A stretch of DNA of 64,000 bases from an uncultured Elusimicrobia bacterium (GTDB taxonomy: Bacteria > Elusimicrobiota > Elusimicrobia > 2-01-FULL-59-12), in the NCBI GenBank assembly GCA_963702895.1, contig OY969767.1, positions 192,001 through 256,000 of the forward strand, read 5' to 3'. The position numbers and the translations under genes were made by a program. Numbering within the stretch: position 1 is the first letter of the stretch; each line of letters opens with the position of its first letter. Below, piece after piece: positions 1 through 10,763 of this stretch. The notes under the pieces are model-generated. The model made no database searches. It saw only the letters and a list, made by a program, of their open reading frames with translations, and had not been told where the DNA came from.

Positions 1-1145
1 TTGTCGAAATGTTTGTGGGGGTGGGCGCCAGCCGTGTCCGGGACCTGTTCGATCAGGGCCGCAAAAGCGCTCCCTGCCTGCTCTTTGTCGATGAGATCGA
101 CGCGGTCGGGCGGCACCGCTTTGCCGGTATCGGCGGCGGCCATGATGAGCGAGAGCAGACCCTGAACCAGCTCCTGGTGGAGATGGATGGTTTTGACACC
201 AAGGAGGGCGTGATCCTCATCGCGGCGACCAACCGCCCGGATGTTTTGGATCCGGCGCTCCTTCGACCGGGACGCTTCGACCGCCATGTTACGGTGCCTT
301 CCCCTGACTTGCGCGGCCGCGAGGAGATCCTGCGTGTGCACGCGAAGCAGATCAAGATTGGCCCAGAGGTTGATTTTAAGGTCATCGCGCGTCGCACGCC
401 GGGCTTTGTCGGGGCGGACCTCGCCAACCTGGTCAATGAAGCGGCGCTTCTGGCCGCACGTCGCGATAAAGCCTATGTCGAACTGCCGGAGCTCGAGGAA
501 GCCATTGAGCGCGTGATCGCGGGCCCTGAACGGAAAACGCGCATGATCACAGAGCGTGAGAAAAAGATCGTGGCCTATCATGAATCCGGCCATGCCCTTG
601 TTGCGAAGCTCACGCCGGGGACCGATCCCGTGCATAAAATCTCCATTATCCCGCGCGGCCCGGCCCTCGGCTACACACTGCAGCTTCCTACGGAAGATCG
701 CTACCTGACCAGTCGTACGGAACTCAAAAACCGCCTCTACGTCCTTCTCGGAGGCCGCGCGGCCGAAGAACTCATCTTTAAGGAAATCACCACAGGCGCT
801 TGTGACGATTTGACCAAATCAACGGATATTGCCCAGAAGATGGTTTGTGAGTTTGGGATGTCGGATAAGCTTGGCCCGATCACCTTCCGCAAAAAGGAAG
901 AGGAAATCTTTTTAGGGCGTGACATTGGGCGTGAACGTACGCATTCGAACGAGACGGCCCAGATGATTGACGCCGAAGTCAAGCAGTTGATCGCCGATGC
1001 CATGTCCTACGTCCGCAAAGTGCTCGCGGAAAACCGTTCCAAGCTGGACAAGCTGGCGGAACGACTCATGGAAAAGGAGATTCTCGACAGTGAGGAAGTG
1101 GATGCCCTTATCCGTGAAGGCGGCGGAGCCGTCGCGAGCGCCTGA
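1..1145 (+). CDS. ftsH: ATP-dependent zinc metalloprotease FtsH (5' part outside window)
   Basis: Walker [33 protein letters not shown], zinc motif HESGH. Confidence 0.97.
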   Translation, partial: VEMFVGVGASRVRDLFDQGRKSAPCLLFVDEIDAVGRHRFAGIGGGHDEREQTLNQLLVEMDGFDTKEGVILIAATNRPDVLDPALLRPGRFDRHVTVPSPDLRGREEILRVHAKQIKIGPEVDFKVIARRTPGFVGADLANLVNEAALLAARRDKAYVELPELEEAIERVIAGPERKTRMITEREKKIVAYHESGHALVAKLTPGTDPVHKISIIPRGPALGYTLQLPTEDRYLTSRTELKNRLYVLLGGRAAEELIFKEITTGACDDLTKSTDIAQKMVCEFGMSDKLGPITFRKKEEEIFLGRDIGRERTHSNETAQMIDAEVKQLIADAMSYVRKVLAENRSKLDKLAERLMEKEILDSEEVDALIREGGGAVASA

Positions 1146-1980
1146 GGCCTCTCTTCTCTTTCACGCCAGGCGCGCCTGGATCATGGGGGTGGTCAACGTC
1201 ACTCCGGACTCCTTCTATTCCACCTCCCGGACACTCGAGCTCAACGCAGCTGTTCGGCACGCTGGACAAATGATCACCCAGGGCGCTGACGTGATTGATA
1301 TCGGCGGGGAGTCCACGCGCCCGGGCGCTGCCGAAGTACCCCTCGAAGAAGAGCGCTCACGTGTGCTGCCTCTGGTGAGGGCCTTGCGGGCCCGGTGGCC
1401 GGGGATGCTGATTTCGATCGATACTCAAAAGGCGGCGCTCGCCAAGGCCTGTCTTGAGATGGGGGCCTCGCTCATCAATGATATTTCCGCCCTGCGCCAT
1501 GATCCCGCGATGGCGGACGTGATTGCCGAAGCCGGACGCCCCGTGGTCCTCATGCATATGCAGGGAACGCCGCAGACCATGCAGATCCGCCCTCGCTACA
1601 GAAACATTGTGGATGAGGTGAAGCGATTTTTCGAAGAACGTTTAACCTTCGCTCAGCGTCACCATATACGGGAGAACAACATTATTCTTGATCCGGGGAT
1701 TGGCTTCGGAAAGACAGTGGACCACAACATGAGCCTGCTCAGGAGGCTTGCCGACTTGGTGAGCCTGGGTCGACCGGTTCTCGTCGGTGTTTCACGGAAA
1801 TCTTTTTTGGGGAAACTGTTGGGGAGCATGGACTCGCCTCTACCGGTCGAAGAGCGCCTGGAGGGGTCGCTCGCTGCGGGTCTTTGGGCCGTGAAGGAAG
1901 GGGCCCGCGGTCTTCGCGTCCACGATGTCCATGAGACACGCATGGCCTTGCGCTTCTGGGAAGGACTGAGCGCGACATGA
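1102..1980 (+). CDS. folP: Dihydropteroate synthase (start uncertain, 1102-1163)
   Basis: [39 protein letters not shown] motifs; follows ftsH. Confidence 0.96.
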   Translation: MPLSVKAAEPSRAPEASLLFHARRAWIMGVVNVTPDSFYSTSRTLELNAAVRHAGQMITQGADVIDIGGESTRPGAAEVPLEEERSRVLPLVRALRARWPGMLISIDTQKAALAKACLEMGASLINDISALRHDPAMADVIAEAGRPVVLMHMQGTPQTMQIRPRYRNIVDEVKRFFEERLTFAQRHHIRENNIILDPGIGFGKTVDHNMSLLRRLADLVSLGRPVLVGVSRKSFLGKLLGSMDSPLPVEERLEGSLAAGLWAVKEGARGLRVHDVHETRMALRFWEGLSAT

Positions 1981-2780
1981 TGCTTCAGACATGGAACTTG
2001 TTTATCCTGCCGGCGATCGACATCCTCTTGATCGCTTTCGTCTTTTATCACATCTTGCTGCTGATCAAGGGAACGCATTCCGTCCAGGTCGTGATGGGAT
2101 TGGCCGTCCTCATGGCCATGACGCTCATCATCCGACATTTCTTGCGCCTGCCAGCGGCCACCTGGCTTCTGGAGAATTTCTGGTCTGGCGCTTCCGGCGC
2201 CGTTGTTTTATTAGCCGTTGTCTTCCAGCCGGAATTGCGAATGGCCTTGGCCCATCTGGGGAGTCGGCCGCTGGGCCGGATCATCATCCCAGGGCGCCTC
2301 TCCTTTGTCGACGAGATCGTGTCCACCCTCCAGGAAACGATGCAAAAACAGATGGGGCTGCTCCTCGTCCTTGAGCAGGACGTCGGCCTTCGTAATTACG
2401 CGGAAACCGGCACCCTCATCAACGGCGACATCTCCAAAGAGCTGCTTCTCTCCATTTTTCATTATCGTTCACCCCTGCATGATGGGGCCGCCATCGTCCA
2501 GAACGATCGGCTGCTTGCGGCCGGGTGTCTTTTGCCGCTGTCGAATGATCCCAATTTGGCCAAGATCCTGGGCACCCGCCACCGCGCGGCGGTGGGCCTC
2601 TCGGAATTCACAGACGCCTGGGTCCTCGTCGTTTCAGAAGAAACAGGGATCCTCTCCCTGGCGCATGACGGGAGGCTGGAGCGCGAACTCGCCATTGAGG
2701 ATTTACGCCAGCGTCTTTTGACTCTTTATGAGAACCGCATCGAAAAGAGCCGGAATCTTTGGAGCAAGTCCCGTGCATAA
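1977..2780 (+). CDS. cdaA: Diadenylate cyclase CdaA/DacA
   Basis: Three N-terminal TM helices, VVFQPELR, HDGA and GTRHRAA catalytic motifs; upstream of glmM. Confidence 0.95.
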   Translation: MMLQTWNLFILPAIDILLIAFVFYHILLLIKGTHSVQVVMGLAVLMAMTLIIRHFLRLPAATWLLENFWSGASGAVVLLAVVFQPELRMALAHLGSRPLGRIIIPGRLSFVDEIVSTLQETMQKQMGLLLVLEQDVGLRNYAETGTLINGDISKELLLSIFHYRSPLHDGAAIVQNDRLLAAGCLLPLSNDPNLAKILGTRHRAAVGLSEFTDAWVLVVSEETGILSLAHDGRLERELAIEDLRQRLLTLYENRIEKSRNLWSKSRA

Positions 2781-2970
2781 CTGGAAAGCGAATTGGGAGC
2801 TCAAGGTCCTGGCGATGGCGATGGCGCTGTTGGTTTGGATTTTTGTGAAGTTGAGGGTTGTCGAGGGCCCCCCTCCTGAGCGCGATCCAAGCCGCGGCGG
2901 CCGCCCCCCCGCCGCCTCGGCCACAGGCCAGCTTCCGGGCGCAGCCTCCACGCAGGAGCCTCGTCCTTGA
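2773..2970 (+). CDS. Short CdaR/YbbR-like protein (N-terminal TM anchor only, 65 aa)
   Basis: GTG at 2773 overlaps cdaA end; NWELKVLAMAMALLVWIFV resembles the CdaR anchor; stop overlaps glmM start. Confidence 0.6.
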   Translation: MHNWKANWELKVLAMAMALLVWIFVKLRVVEGPPPERDPSRGGRPPAASATGQLPGAASTQEPRP

Positions 2971-4427
2971 GCACCGCGCCGGCCCTTTTTGGCACGGACG
3001 GCATTCGCGGCATCGCGGGAGACCCTCCACTCGAGAAATCCTTCCTTCGCAAGCTGGGTGTTGCAGCAGGGAGCATCTACTTGCAGGAAGTGCGTGACCG
3101 GAAACCGGTCTTTCTCATGGGGCGAGACACGCGCTCTTCCGGCCGCTGGATCGCACAGGCTTTTGCGGAAGGCGTCGCGTTTACGGGCGTTCGGGTGGTG
3201 GACGCGGGTGTCGTCTCCACGCCATCGCTCGCCTACCTGGTTCCCAAAAAGCAGATGATCGGCGGCGCCATGATTTCGGCGTCGCACAATCCCGCGGAAT
3301 TCAACGGCATCAAGCTTTTCGGTCCCCTGGGGCGGAAATGCCCTGACGCTTGGGAGCGCCTCATCGAACAAAAAACCTCCCAAATCCTCGACCCGAGGCG
3401 CGGCAGACACCGCCTGCCGAAAAACGCCGGGATCATTCGGGAATACCTGGAATTCCTGAAGCGCACTCTGCCCAGTCGGTCCTCTCTCAAAGGGATGAAG
3501 CTCGTCGTGGATTGTTCCCATGGCTCGCTCTCCGGCATCGCGCCGGCCTTTTTGAGAAGTCTTGGCATTCAGGTTTTTGCGATTGGCTCTTCTCCCAACG
3601 GGCTCAACATCAACAAGGGCTGGGGATCCCAGCACCCTGAGAAGATGCAGGCGGAAGTGCGCCGGCGTAAAGCCCATGGCGGCATGGCCTTTGACGGGGA
3701 CGCGGACCGCCTCATCCTTTGCGATGAGCAGGGGGAGATTTTGGACGGGGACTACATCCTGGCTTGCGCGGCACGCTGTCTCAAGGAAGAAAACAGGCTC
3801 GCGGGCAATATGGTGGTGGTGACCGTCATGGCGAATCTCGGCCTTATGAAAGCTTTACGCTCCTGGCAGGTGGAGACGCTCGTGACGCCCGTGGGTGACC
3901 GCTATGTGTCGGATAAGCTGGAAGAATGCGGAGGTGTGGTGGGAGGCGAGCAGTCCGGTCACATCATCTTCCATGATCTCTTGCCAACAGGCGATGGTCT
4001 TTTGACGGGCCTGCAAATGATCGCCATGCTTCGGCAACGTCAGAAGCCTTTGTCATGGATCAGGACGCTCATGAAGAAATTTCCTCAGGTGCTCGTCAAT
4101 GTGCACGTTCAAAAGAAAACACCGATCGATCAATGTCCCACCCTGGTGTCGGAAATTGAGCGCGCTCGCCGTGTCTTGGGAGACGACGGACGAGTTCTGG
4201 TGCGCTACTCCGGGACAGAGCCTCTCTTGCGCGTGATGATGGAAGGTCCGGACGAAAGGCAACTCAAAGAATTAGCCGATCGTATGGTCGAAGAAGCCCG
4301 GCGCGTTTTAGGCGCTGAGCCCCTTCCTTCTGATCGCGCGTTAGGAGAAAGCAGGGATGAAGCTCAGCTTACTCCCGCGCCCCACCCCTCTTCCAGCTCT
4401 GGCGGGAGAGGGGGGCCGCCGAGGTGA
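2967..4427 (+). CDS. glmM: Phosphoglucosamine mutase
   Basis: FGTDGIRG, SASHNP, DGDADR, GGEQSGH, RYSGTEP; about 35 aa C-terminal extension derived from a repeat. Confidence 0.96.
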   Translation: MSTAPALFGTDGIRGIAGDPPLEKSFLRKLGVAAGSIYLQEVRDRKPVFLMGRDTRSSGRWIAQAFAEGVAFTGVRVVDAGVVSTPSLAYLVPKKQMIGGAMISASHNPAEFNGIKLFGPLGRKCPDAWERLIEQKTSQILDPRRGRHRLPKNAGIIREYLEFLKRTLPSRSSLKGMKLVVDCSHGSLSGIAPAFLRSLGIQVFAIGSSPNGLNINKGWGSQHPEKMQAEVRRRKAHGGMAFDGDADRLILCDEQGEILDGDYILACAARCLKEENRLAGNMVVVTVMANLGLMKALRSWQVETLVTPVGDRYVSDKLEECGGVVGGEQSGHIIFHDLLPTGDGLLTGLQMIAMLRQRQKPLSWIRTLMKKFPQVLVNVHVQKKTPIDQCPTLVSEIERARRVLGDDGRVLVRYSGTEPLLRVMMEGPDERQLKELADRMVEEARRVLGAEPLPSDRALGESRDEAQLTPAPHPSSSSGGRGGPPR

Positions 4428-5149
4428 TGGTCAAACTCGGCGTGAATATCGATCATGTGGCGACGCTGCGCCAGCAGCGAAAAGAAGGGGTCCCCCGCCC
4501 GGCTGATGCGGCTCTGGTCGCGCAGGAGCATGGCGCAGACAGCATTGTCGCACATCTGCGTGAAGACCGAAGGCATATCCAGGATGAGGATCTCGATCTT
4601 TTAAAGAAGGCTCTGAGCATTCCGCTGGCGATGGAAATGGCCGTGACCGACGAGATGGAACGTATCGCTCTTGAGGTGCGGCCTGCACGGGTGTGTCTGG
4701 TTCCTGAGAAGCGTCAGGAGCTCACCACGGAAGGCGGGCTGGATGTGATGGGCAGCGCGCACAGGCTCAAACAGATGATTCCTAAACTCGTGGCCCAAAA
4801 CATTGAAATTAGTCTCTTTGTCGATCCTGATCTGGAACAGATCCAATGCGCCCAATCCTTAGGAGTCCAAACCCTCGAACTCCATACGGGCCGCTACGCG
4901 GTTTCAAAGGGTGCGGACCAAACGCGAGAGCTCCAGAGGCTTTCGCGAGCCTCAGAGCTTGCTCTGAAGCTTAAGTTTCACCTCCACGCCGGTCACGGTC
5001 TGGATTACCGGAATGTGTCAGCGGTCGCTCGGATCTGGGGAATGGAAGAGCTGAATATCGGCTTTGCCATTATGACGCGTGCTGTCTTTGAGGGATTGGG
5101 AAGTGCGGTACGTCAAATGAAGGAGCTCATCGTATGTGCGGCATCGTAG
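4424..5149 (+). CDS. pdxJ: Pyridoxine 5'-phosphate synthase
   Basis: LGVNIDHVATLR, HLREDRRHIQ, ELTTEGGL, HAGHGL. Confidence 0.97.
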   Translation: MMVKLGVNIDHVATLRQQRKEGVPRPADAALVAQEHGADSIVAHLREDRRHIQDEDLDLLKKALSIPLAMEMAVTDEMERIALEVRPARVCLVPEKRQELTTEGGLDVMGSAHRLKQMIPKLVAQNIEISLFVDPDLEQIQCAQSLGVQTLELHTGRYAVSKGADQTRELQRLSRASELALKLKFHLHAGHGLDYRNVSAVARIWGMEELNIGFAIMTRAVFEGLGSAVRQMKELIVCAAS

Positions 5150-6963
5150 GCTACATTGGACCCAAGTCAGCCTCAGAAATTCTACTGAACGGACTCAGGC
5201 GCCTGGAATACCGTGGTTACGATTCGGCGGGAGTTGCTGTCCTGAATGAAGGCGTGATTCAGCTCAGGCGCAGCCCCGGGAAACTCACTGTTCTTGAAGA
5301 TCTCCTGAAGAAGCAGCCCCTTCCAGGGACCCTCGGACTTGGCCACACGCGCTGGGCGACGCATGGGTGTCCTTCTGAAGAAAACGCTCACCCCCACACG
5401 GACTGCAAGGGCGAGATCGTCGTGGTCCATAACGGGATCATCGAGAATTATGTGGAGCTCAAGAAGGAACTCCAGACCCAAGGGCACACCTTCAAATCCC
5501 AGACCGATACCGAAGTTCTCGCGCATCTGGTGGAAGAGGCCTATGATGGCAAGGATTTGGCTGGCGCTCTTCGCTCCACGCTCAAAAGGGTGAGGGGTTC
5601 CTATGCTGTTGGGGTCCTGTCCTGCAAGGAGCCTTCCCGGTTTGTGGCGGCCCGCAAGGATTCGCCGCTCGTGCTGGGATTGGGTGATGACGAGATGTTT
5701 GTTGCTTCGGACGTGCCCGCGATTCTGCAGCACACGCGCAAGGTCATTTTCTTGGAAGATGGGGATGTTGCGGAGCTCTCCCAAAAAGATGTGAAGATCA
5801 CGGACTTGGAGGGTCACCCGGTTCAGCGCTATACCCAGACGATCATCTGGGATTCCGTGATGGCGGAAAAAGGCGGCTACAAGCACTTCATGCTCAAGGA
5901 AATCTATGAACAGGTGGTCACCGTCAGAGACACGTTCCGCAGCCGGGTCAAGCAGGAAGAAGGCCGGGTTGTTCTGGAAAACGTGCTCCCGCCCGAGGTC
6001 GCTCAAAATCTTCCCAAGATTTGTCTGGTCGGTTGCGGCACGTCCCATCATGCGGCGCTCGTCGCCAGGTTCTGGTTTGAAGAACTGGCGGGAGTGCTCT
6101 GCGATGTCGAGATCGCGAGCGAATTCCGGTATCGCCGTTCCTCCAAAGAACCAGGAACGCTCATTGTCGCGATTACACAATCGGGCGAAACTGCCGATAC
6201 CCTGGCCGCCATGCGCGATTCAAAATCTAAAGGACTCTCGACGCTCGCGCTCTGCAACGCGGTAGGATCCACGGCAACGCGTGAAGCGGACTATACGCTG
6301 ATGACGCACTGCGGTCCGGAAATTGGCGTGGCTTCGACGAAGGCCTTTACCGGACAGCTCACCGCGCTCTTTCTCCTGGCGCTCTATGTCGGTCAATGCA
6401 AAGGGACGCAGTCGAGGGAATTGCGGCACACGCTCCTGGAGGGCTTGACGCACTTGCCTCTGGCTATCAGCGAGGCGCTGGATCATGCTGGGAAAGTCGA
6501 ACAGGTCGCCAAGAAGCTTTTCCGCAAAAACAACTTTCTCTATCTCGGGCGCCATTTGAACTATCCGATTGCGCTGGAGGGAGCACTTAAACTGAAAGAG
6601 ATTTCTTACATCCATGCCGAAGGCTATCCCGCGGGGGAAATGAAGCACGGGCCTATTGCCCTCATCGATGAGAACCTTCCCGTCGTGGCGATCGCGACGG
6701 AGTCCTCGGTGCGCGACAAGATGCTCTCCAACATGCAGGAAGTGAAAGCGCGCGGCGGGATTGTCATCGCGCTCGCGCACGACCAGGACGCCGACGCGAC
6801 CCGGCAGGCCGACTATATTTTATCTGTCCCTCCCGTCCACGAGGCCCTGGCTCCGATCATCACGATCATCCCGCTTCAGCTTTTGGCCTACTATATTGCT
6901 GTCCTCCGTGGCTGTGACGTCGATCAGCCTCGCAACCTCGCAAAATCTGTCACGGTCGAATAG
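5134..6963 (+). CDS. glmS: Glutamine--fructose-6-phosphate aminotransferase
   Basis: MCGIVG N-terminus, LEYRGYDSAG, C-terminal PRNLAKSVTVE. Confidence 0.98.
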   Translation: MCGIVGYIGPKSASEILLNGLRRLEYRGYDSAGVAVLNEGVIQLRRSPGKLTVLEDLLKKQPLPGTLGLGHTRWATHGCPSEENAHPHTDCKGEIVVVHNGIIENYVELKKELQTQGHTFKSQTDTEVLAHLVEEAYDGKDLAGALRSTLKRVRGSYAVGVLSCKEPSRFVAARKDSPLVLGLGDDEMFVASDVPAILQHTRKVIFLEDGDVAELSQKDVKITDLEGHPVQRYTQTIIWDSVMAEKGGYKHFMLKEIYEQVVTVRDTFRSRVKQEEGRVVLENVLPPEVAQNLPKICLVGCGTSHHAALVARFWFEELAGVLCDVEIASEFRYRRSSKEPGTLIVAITQSGETADTLAAMRDSKSKGLSTLALCNAVGSTATREADYTLMTHCGPEIGVASTKAFTGQLTALFLLALYVGQCKGTQSRELRHTLLEGLTHLPLAISEALDHAGKVEQVAKKLFRKNNFLYLGRHLNYPIALEGALKLKEISYIHAEGYPAGEMKHGPIALIDENLPVVAIATESSVRDKMLSNMQEVKARGGIVIALAHDQDADATRQADYILSVPPVHEALAPIITIIPLQLLAYYIAVLRGCDVDQPRNLAKSVTVE

Positions 6964-6969
6964 GGTCCC

Positions 6970-7308
6970 ATGGAAGTTGGAATCGACATCGTTGAGATTC
7001 ATCGTATCGCAAGGCAAATCCATAACAGCCGATTTTTGAGGCGCATCTTCACGTCTCAAGAAGTCCGCTACTGCCGTTCCCGCAAAAACGCCGCGCAGCA
7101 TTTTGCTGTGCGCTTTGCGGCCAAGGAGGCCGTGTGGAAGGCGGTGGGGGAGGCCAGCCTCCTGCATCGTGATATTCAGATCCACAACCGGGCCGATGGC
7201 AAGCCCGAAGTCACTTTTCCCAAGCGTTTCGCGAAGCTCGCGCGGCGGGTCTCCATTTCTCTATCCCACGGCCGCGACTATGCTGTGGCGATGGCTCTTT
7301 TTCGATGA
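6970..7308 (+). CDS. acpS: Holo-ACP synthase
   Basis: GIDIVEI, RFAAKEA, SLSH motifs. Confidence 0.94.
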   Translation: MEVGIDIVEIHRIARQIHNSRFLRRIFTSQEVRYCRSRKNAAQHFAVRFAAKEAVWKAVGEASLLHRDIQIHNRADGKPEVTFPKRFAKLARRVSISLSHGRDYAVAMALFR

Positions 7309-8168
7309 AGGCCAGGCTTTTAAGCGCTCTTGCAGTTCGCAGAATGGTCCCCCGGCGTCCTGATTCATCCCATAAAGGCAAGAATGGCCATCTTTTGATC
7401 ATTGCCGGCAGCCGTGGCATGACGGGTGCGGCCTTCCTCTGCGCCTTGGGGGCGCTCAAAGCTGGCGCAGGCTTGGTGACGGTCGGTTGTGGGGAAAGTG
7501 TTCGAAAGCTTATCGCGGCACGTCTGCCGGAAGCCATGACGCTCCCTTTACCGGAACGCAAGCTGGGTCATCTTTCTGCCTCCGCCTCTCGAATCATTGA
7601 GGACTATGTTCGCCGGCGAACAATCACAGTCTTGGCTGTTGGTCCGGGCTTATCTGTCCACTCCTCGGTTGGCCGATTGCTCAGGTCGCTCCTCCGTTTG
7701 CCATTACCGTTCGTCTTAGATGCGGACGGACTTAATAATCTCAGAATCTCTGATATACAAGGGAAATCGCTTGTGATCACGCCGCATCCCGGCGAAATGG
7801 CGCGGCTCTTGGGAGTCACCCTGAAGGTCATTGGAATGGACCGCTCGGCGAGCGCTCAACATCTGGCATGCCGCGCCGCGATCACGTGTGTTCTGAAGGG
7901 GCATCGGACGGTCATTACGGACGGGCAGCGTCTATCGGTCAACCCGACCGGCAATCCAGCGATGGCGACAGGAGGGATGGGAGATGTCCTGACGGGCGTG
8001 ATCGGCGCCTTCATCGCCCAGGGTATTCCTCTCTACGAGGCCGCCTGCGCGGGCGTCTACCTTCATGGTCTTGCTGGCGATCTGGCGAAAACATCGGACC
8101 GCGGCCTTCTCGCCTCGGAGTTGGCCATGACGATAACTCGGGCGCTCGCCAGGTTGGGGATCCGATGA
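7305..8168 (+). CDS. nnrD: ADP-dependent NAD(P)H-hydrate dehydratase (YjeF C-terminal domain only)
   Basis: SHKG, GPGL, DADGL, TPHPGE, ATGGMGDVL. Confidence 0.92.
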   Translation: MKARLLSALAVRRMVPRRPDSSHKGKNGHLLIIAGSRGMTGAAFLCALGALKAGAGLVTVGCGESVRKLIAARLPEAMTLPLPERKLGHLSASASRIIEDYVRRRTITVLAVGPGLSVHSSVGRLLRSLLRLPLPFVLDADGLNNLRISDIQGKSLVITPHPGEMARLLGVTLKVIGMDRSASAQHLACRAAITCVLKGHRTVITDGQRLSVNPTGNPAMATGGMGDVLTGVIGAFIAQGIPLYEAACAGVYLHGLAGDLAKTSDRGLLASELAMTITRALARLGIR

Positions 8169-9166
8169 AGCAAATGAAGTCATTGGGGGAGTTTGGTTGG
8201 CTTAGAACCCTTTTGCCAAGGCTCTATTGGCCTAGACAGCGTAAGTCACAATTGTGCATAGGGCCTGGGGATGATGCGGGGGTTCTGCGAATAACGCCCG
8301 GGAAGGTCCTCGTAGCCACCACAGACGCTATGGCCGAAGGGATACATTTTGAGCGGAAATGGTTTTCCTGGGAAGACCTTGGATATAAAGTAATGGCTGT
8401 TAATATGAGCGATTTAGCTGCTATGGGAGCTGTAAGACCCCTGGCTGCTTTGGTGACTGCCGCGATACCTGGGGATACCCCTGTGGGTATTGTGGATAAA
8501 TTTTACAATGGCTTGGATAAGTGTGCACAGCGGTGGAAAGTCGGGTTTTTGGGGGGAGATACAGTCGGATCCAAGAAGGGCTGGTTTGTCTCCGTGACAC
8601 TCATGGGAGAAGCCAGGCCGCAAGATCTGATTAAGCGAAGTGGCGCTCGAGCGGGCGATTACCTGGTGACGAGCGGTCCCTTGGGCCTGGCGGCAGCGGG
8701 TCTGGAAATCCTGAAGGCTGGGGGCACCCGGCGAAGGGGCAACCAAGAGCTTTTGGATGCGTTTAACCGTCCTCAGCCGCGCCTCGAAGTAGGCGCAGTG
8801 CTGGGGCATGGGCAGCTCGCCAGCAGCCTCATCGACTGCTCCGATGGTCTGGAGGCGTCCGTTCGGCTTATGGCAGAGGCTTCTGGAGTTGGCGCTGAGA
8901 TTGACCTGACCCGGCTTCCTATTCCCCGAGCGCTTGCCCGATGGGCCTATGGAAAGTCCCGACACCCCTGGGACTATGCTCTGCGGGGAGGGGAGGACTA
9001 TGAGCTCATTTTTACCGTGAGGCCTCACCGTTGGAGTCTGGTGAAGCGTCGCGTGCCGGGAGCCATCCTGATGGGCCGCATCCTCGCCAAAGGCAAAGGG
9101 TGCTGGGCTGTGTCGCCAGGTCGGCGTCTTCCACTCCGCAGCTATGGTTTCTCGCACTTTGGCTAA
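8165..9166 (+). CDS. thiL: Thiamine-monophosphate kinase
   Basis: GEF, GDDA, NMSDLAAMGA, GGDT, DCSDGL, GGEDYEL; ATG at 8165 overlaps nnrD stop. Confidence 0.95.
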   Translation: MKQMKSLGEFGWLRTLLPRLYWPRQRKSQLCIGPGDDAGVLRITPGKVLVATTDAMAEGIHFERKWFSWEDLGYKVMAVNMSDLAAMGAVRPLAALVTAAIPGDTPVGIVDKFYNGLDKCAQRWKVGFLGGDTVGSKKGWFVSVTLMGEARPQDLIKRSGARAGDYLVTSGPLGLAAAGLEILKAGGTRRRGNQELLDAFNRPQPRLEVGAVLGHGQLASSLIDCSDGLEASVRLMAEASGVGAEIDLTRLPIPRALARWAYGKSRHPWDYALRGGEDYELIFTVRPHRWSLVKRRVPGAILMGRILAKGKGCWAVSPGRRLPLRSYGFSHFG

Positions 9167-9263
9167 ACGACACGTCCGACGTCCGGGGCTCCACACGACA
9201 GGCGCCCGGCCGTTGTGTGGCGGGTCCAGCGCCCAAACTTTGATGTCGGACGCCGCACGTCGG

Positions 9264-9692
9264 ATGACCCTTGCCCTTCGCAGTCCTGAGGCGATGCGTG
9301 CCTGGGGCCACAAGTTCGCGAAGCGCTTGCGTGTGGGTGATGTGGTGGCCCTTGTGGGCGAACTGGGTGCCGGGAAAACAACACTGGCTCAGGCCATCGC
9401 GGAGGCCTGGGGATATCGAGGGGGGGCGAGCAGCCCGACTTTCTCGCTGGCCAATGAATACCCAACGCCGCGTGGAATGATTTACCACATGGACATGTAC
9501 CGGCTCTCAAAATCAGATGTCGCTTCATTTCCTCTCGAAGATTATTGGGGCACAGGTCTGTGCCTGATCGAATGGGCCGATCGCGTCAAGAACCGCCTCC
9601 CTTTGAGGACGATCGCGCTTCACCTCAAAATGACGGGCCCTGCAACCCGTACTTTAGTGTTGCGATTTCCTCCCAAGCTTCATGGCTCATAA
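9264..9692 (+). CDS. tsaE: tRNA t6A biosynthesis ATPase TsaE
   Basis: GELGAGKTT, SPTF, HMDMYR, IEWA. Confidence 0.94.
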   Translation: MTLALRSPEAMRAWGHKFAKRLRVGDVVALVGELGAGKTTLAQAIAEAWGYRGGASSPTFSLANEYPTPRGMIYHMDMYRLSKSDVASFPLEDYWGTGLCLIEWADRVKNRLPLRTIALHLKMTGPATRTLVLRFPPKLHGS

Positions 9693-10323
9693 TCGGTATC
9701 TGGCCATCGAGACCTCCAGCCCCCGGCTATCGCTTGCTCTCGGAGATAGCAAGAAGGTGATGGCCACCTTGGCCGGAGCGCATGACTGGCGCCACGCAGA
9801 AAGCGTCTTTGCCGGGATCAAAAAATTACTCAAGCAAGCCCGCTGGTCTGTTCAGTCGCTAAGCGGAGTCGCGGTGTCCACCGGACCTGGCAGTTTCACG
9901 GGGATTCGCATTGGCTTGGCCGTTGCTCGGACCTTAGGGCAGTCCTTGAAGATCCCTGTCGTTGGCGTGAGCTCTCTCGAAATTATGGCGGCAGGAGCGA
10001 AAACACGCGCTCTTTGGCGAGCGCCCCAGATCGACGCTTTGCGAGGCCACGTCTTTGCCGCGCTCTATGAAACAACGTCCGGTGTTGCTCTGCGGCGGGT
10101 CCTCTCAGAGCGCATGGTCCCGGCGAAGGACTGGCCGAGGCTTGCTTTGCGTCACGCACAAGGAAAACCGCTTTGGTTGCCAAAGCTCCACACGTGCTTT
10201 CCCGAGGCTGGGGTGCTGCTCGAACTCGCCGGAAACCTGCTCGACCAGGCGAGCCCCACATCCTATAAGTCCGTCTTTCCTCTCTACATCAGGCAAGCGG
10301 CGGCGGAAGAGCGCAGGCGATGA
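9682..10323 (+). CDS. tsaB: tRNA t6A biosynthesis protein TsaB
   Basis: LAIETS, GPGSFTGIRIG, PLYIR. Confidence 0.93.
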   Translation: MAHNRYLAIETSSPRLSLALGDSKKVMATLAGAHDWRHAESVFAGIKKLLKQARWSVQSLSGVAVSTGPGSFTGIRIGLAVARTLGQSLKIPVVGVSSLEIMAAGAKTRALWRAPQIDALRGHVFAALYETTSGVALRRVLSERMVPAKDWPRLALRHAQGKPLWLPKLHTCFPEAGVLLELAGNLLDQASPTSYKSVFPLYIRQAAAEERRR

Positions 10324-10763
10324 GGGTCGCTCCACTCGAAGAGCAGTACCTCGATGATGTCTCGGCGATGGAGAAGCAAGACGGAGACGTCCACTGGTCC
10401 CGCGCGCAGTTTGAGCGGGAACTGGAAAGTGAGGTGATCAGGTTCTTTGTGGTCCTTTCGTCCGACGTCCGGCCGATTGTTCTGGGGTATGGCGGTTACC
10501 GGGTGGCGGGGACGGAAGCTCAGATCACCAATCTGGTGGTGCGCAGGGACGCCCGCTGCCGCGGGATCGGGCGGCACCTCCTGGAATTTCTGGTCGACTG
10601 CGCGCGCGGAGAATCTTGTTCATCATGTACACTGGAGGTGCGCGCCACGAATGCGCGCGCGCAGCGGCTGTATCAGAAGCTCGGGTATGAAGTGCAAGGG
10701 ACCCGGTCGAAGATGTATCAGGATCCTGAGGAAGACGGAGTCTTGATGGAGAAAAGATTATGA
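10320..10763 (+). CDS. rimI: Ribosomal-protein-alanine N-acetyltransferase (GNAT)
   Basis: RGIGR, LEVRATN, AQRLY; usual position after tsaB. Confidence 0.9.
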   Translation: MRVAPLEEQYLDDVSAMEKQDGDVHWSRAQFERELESEVIRFFVVLSSDVRPIVLGYGGYRVAGTEAQITNLVVRRDARCRGIGRHLLEFLVDCARGESCSSCTLEVRATNARAQRLYQKLGYEVQGTRSKMYQDPEEDGVLMEKRL

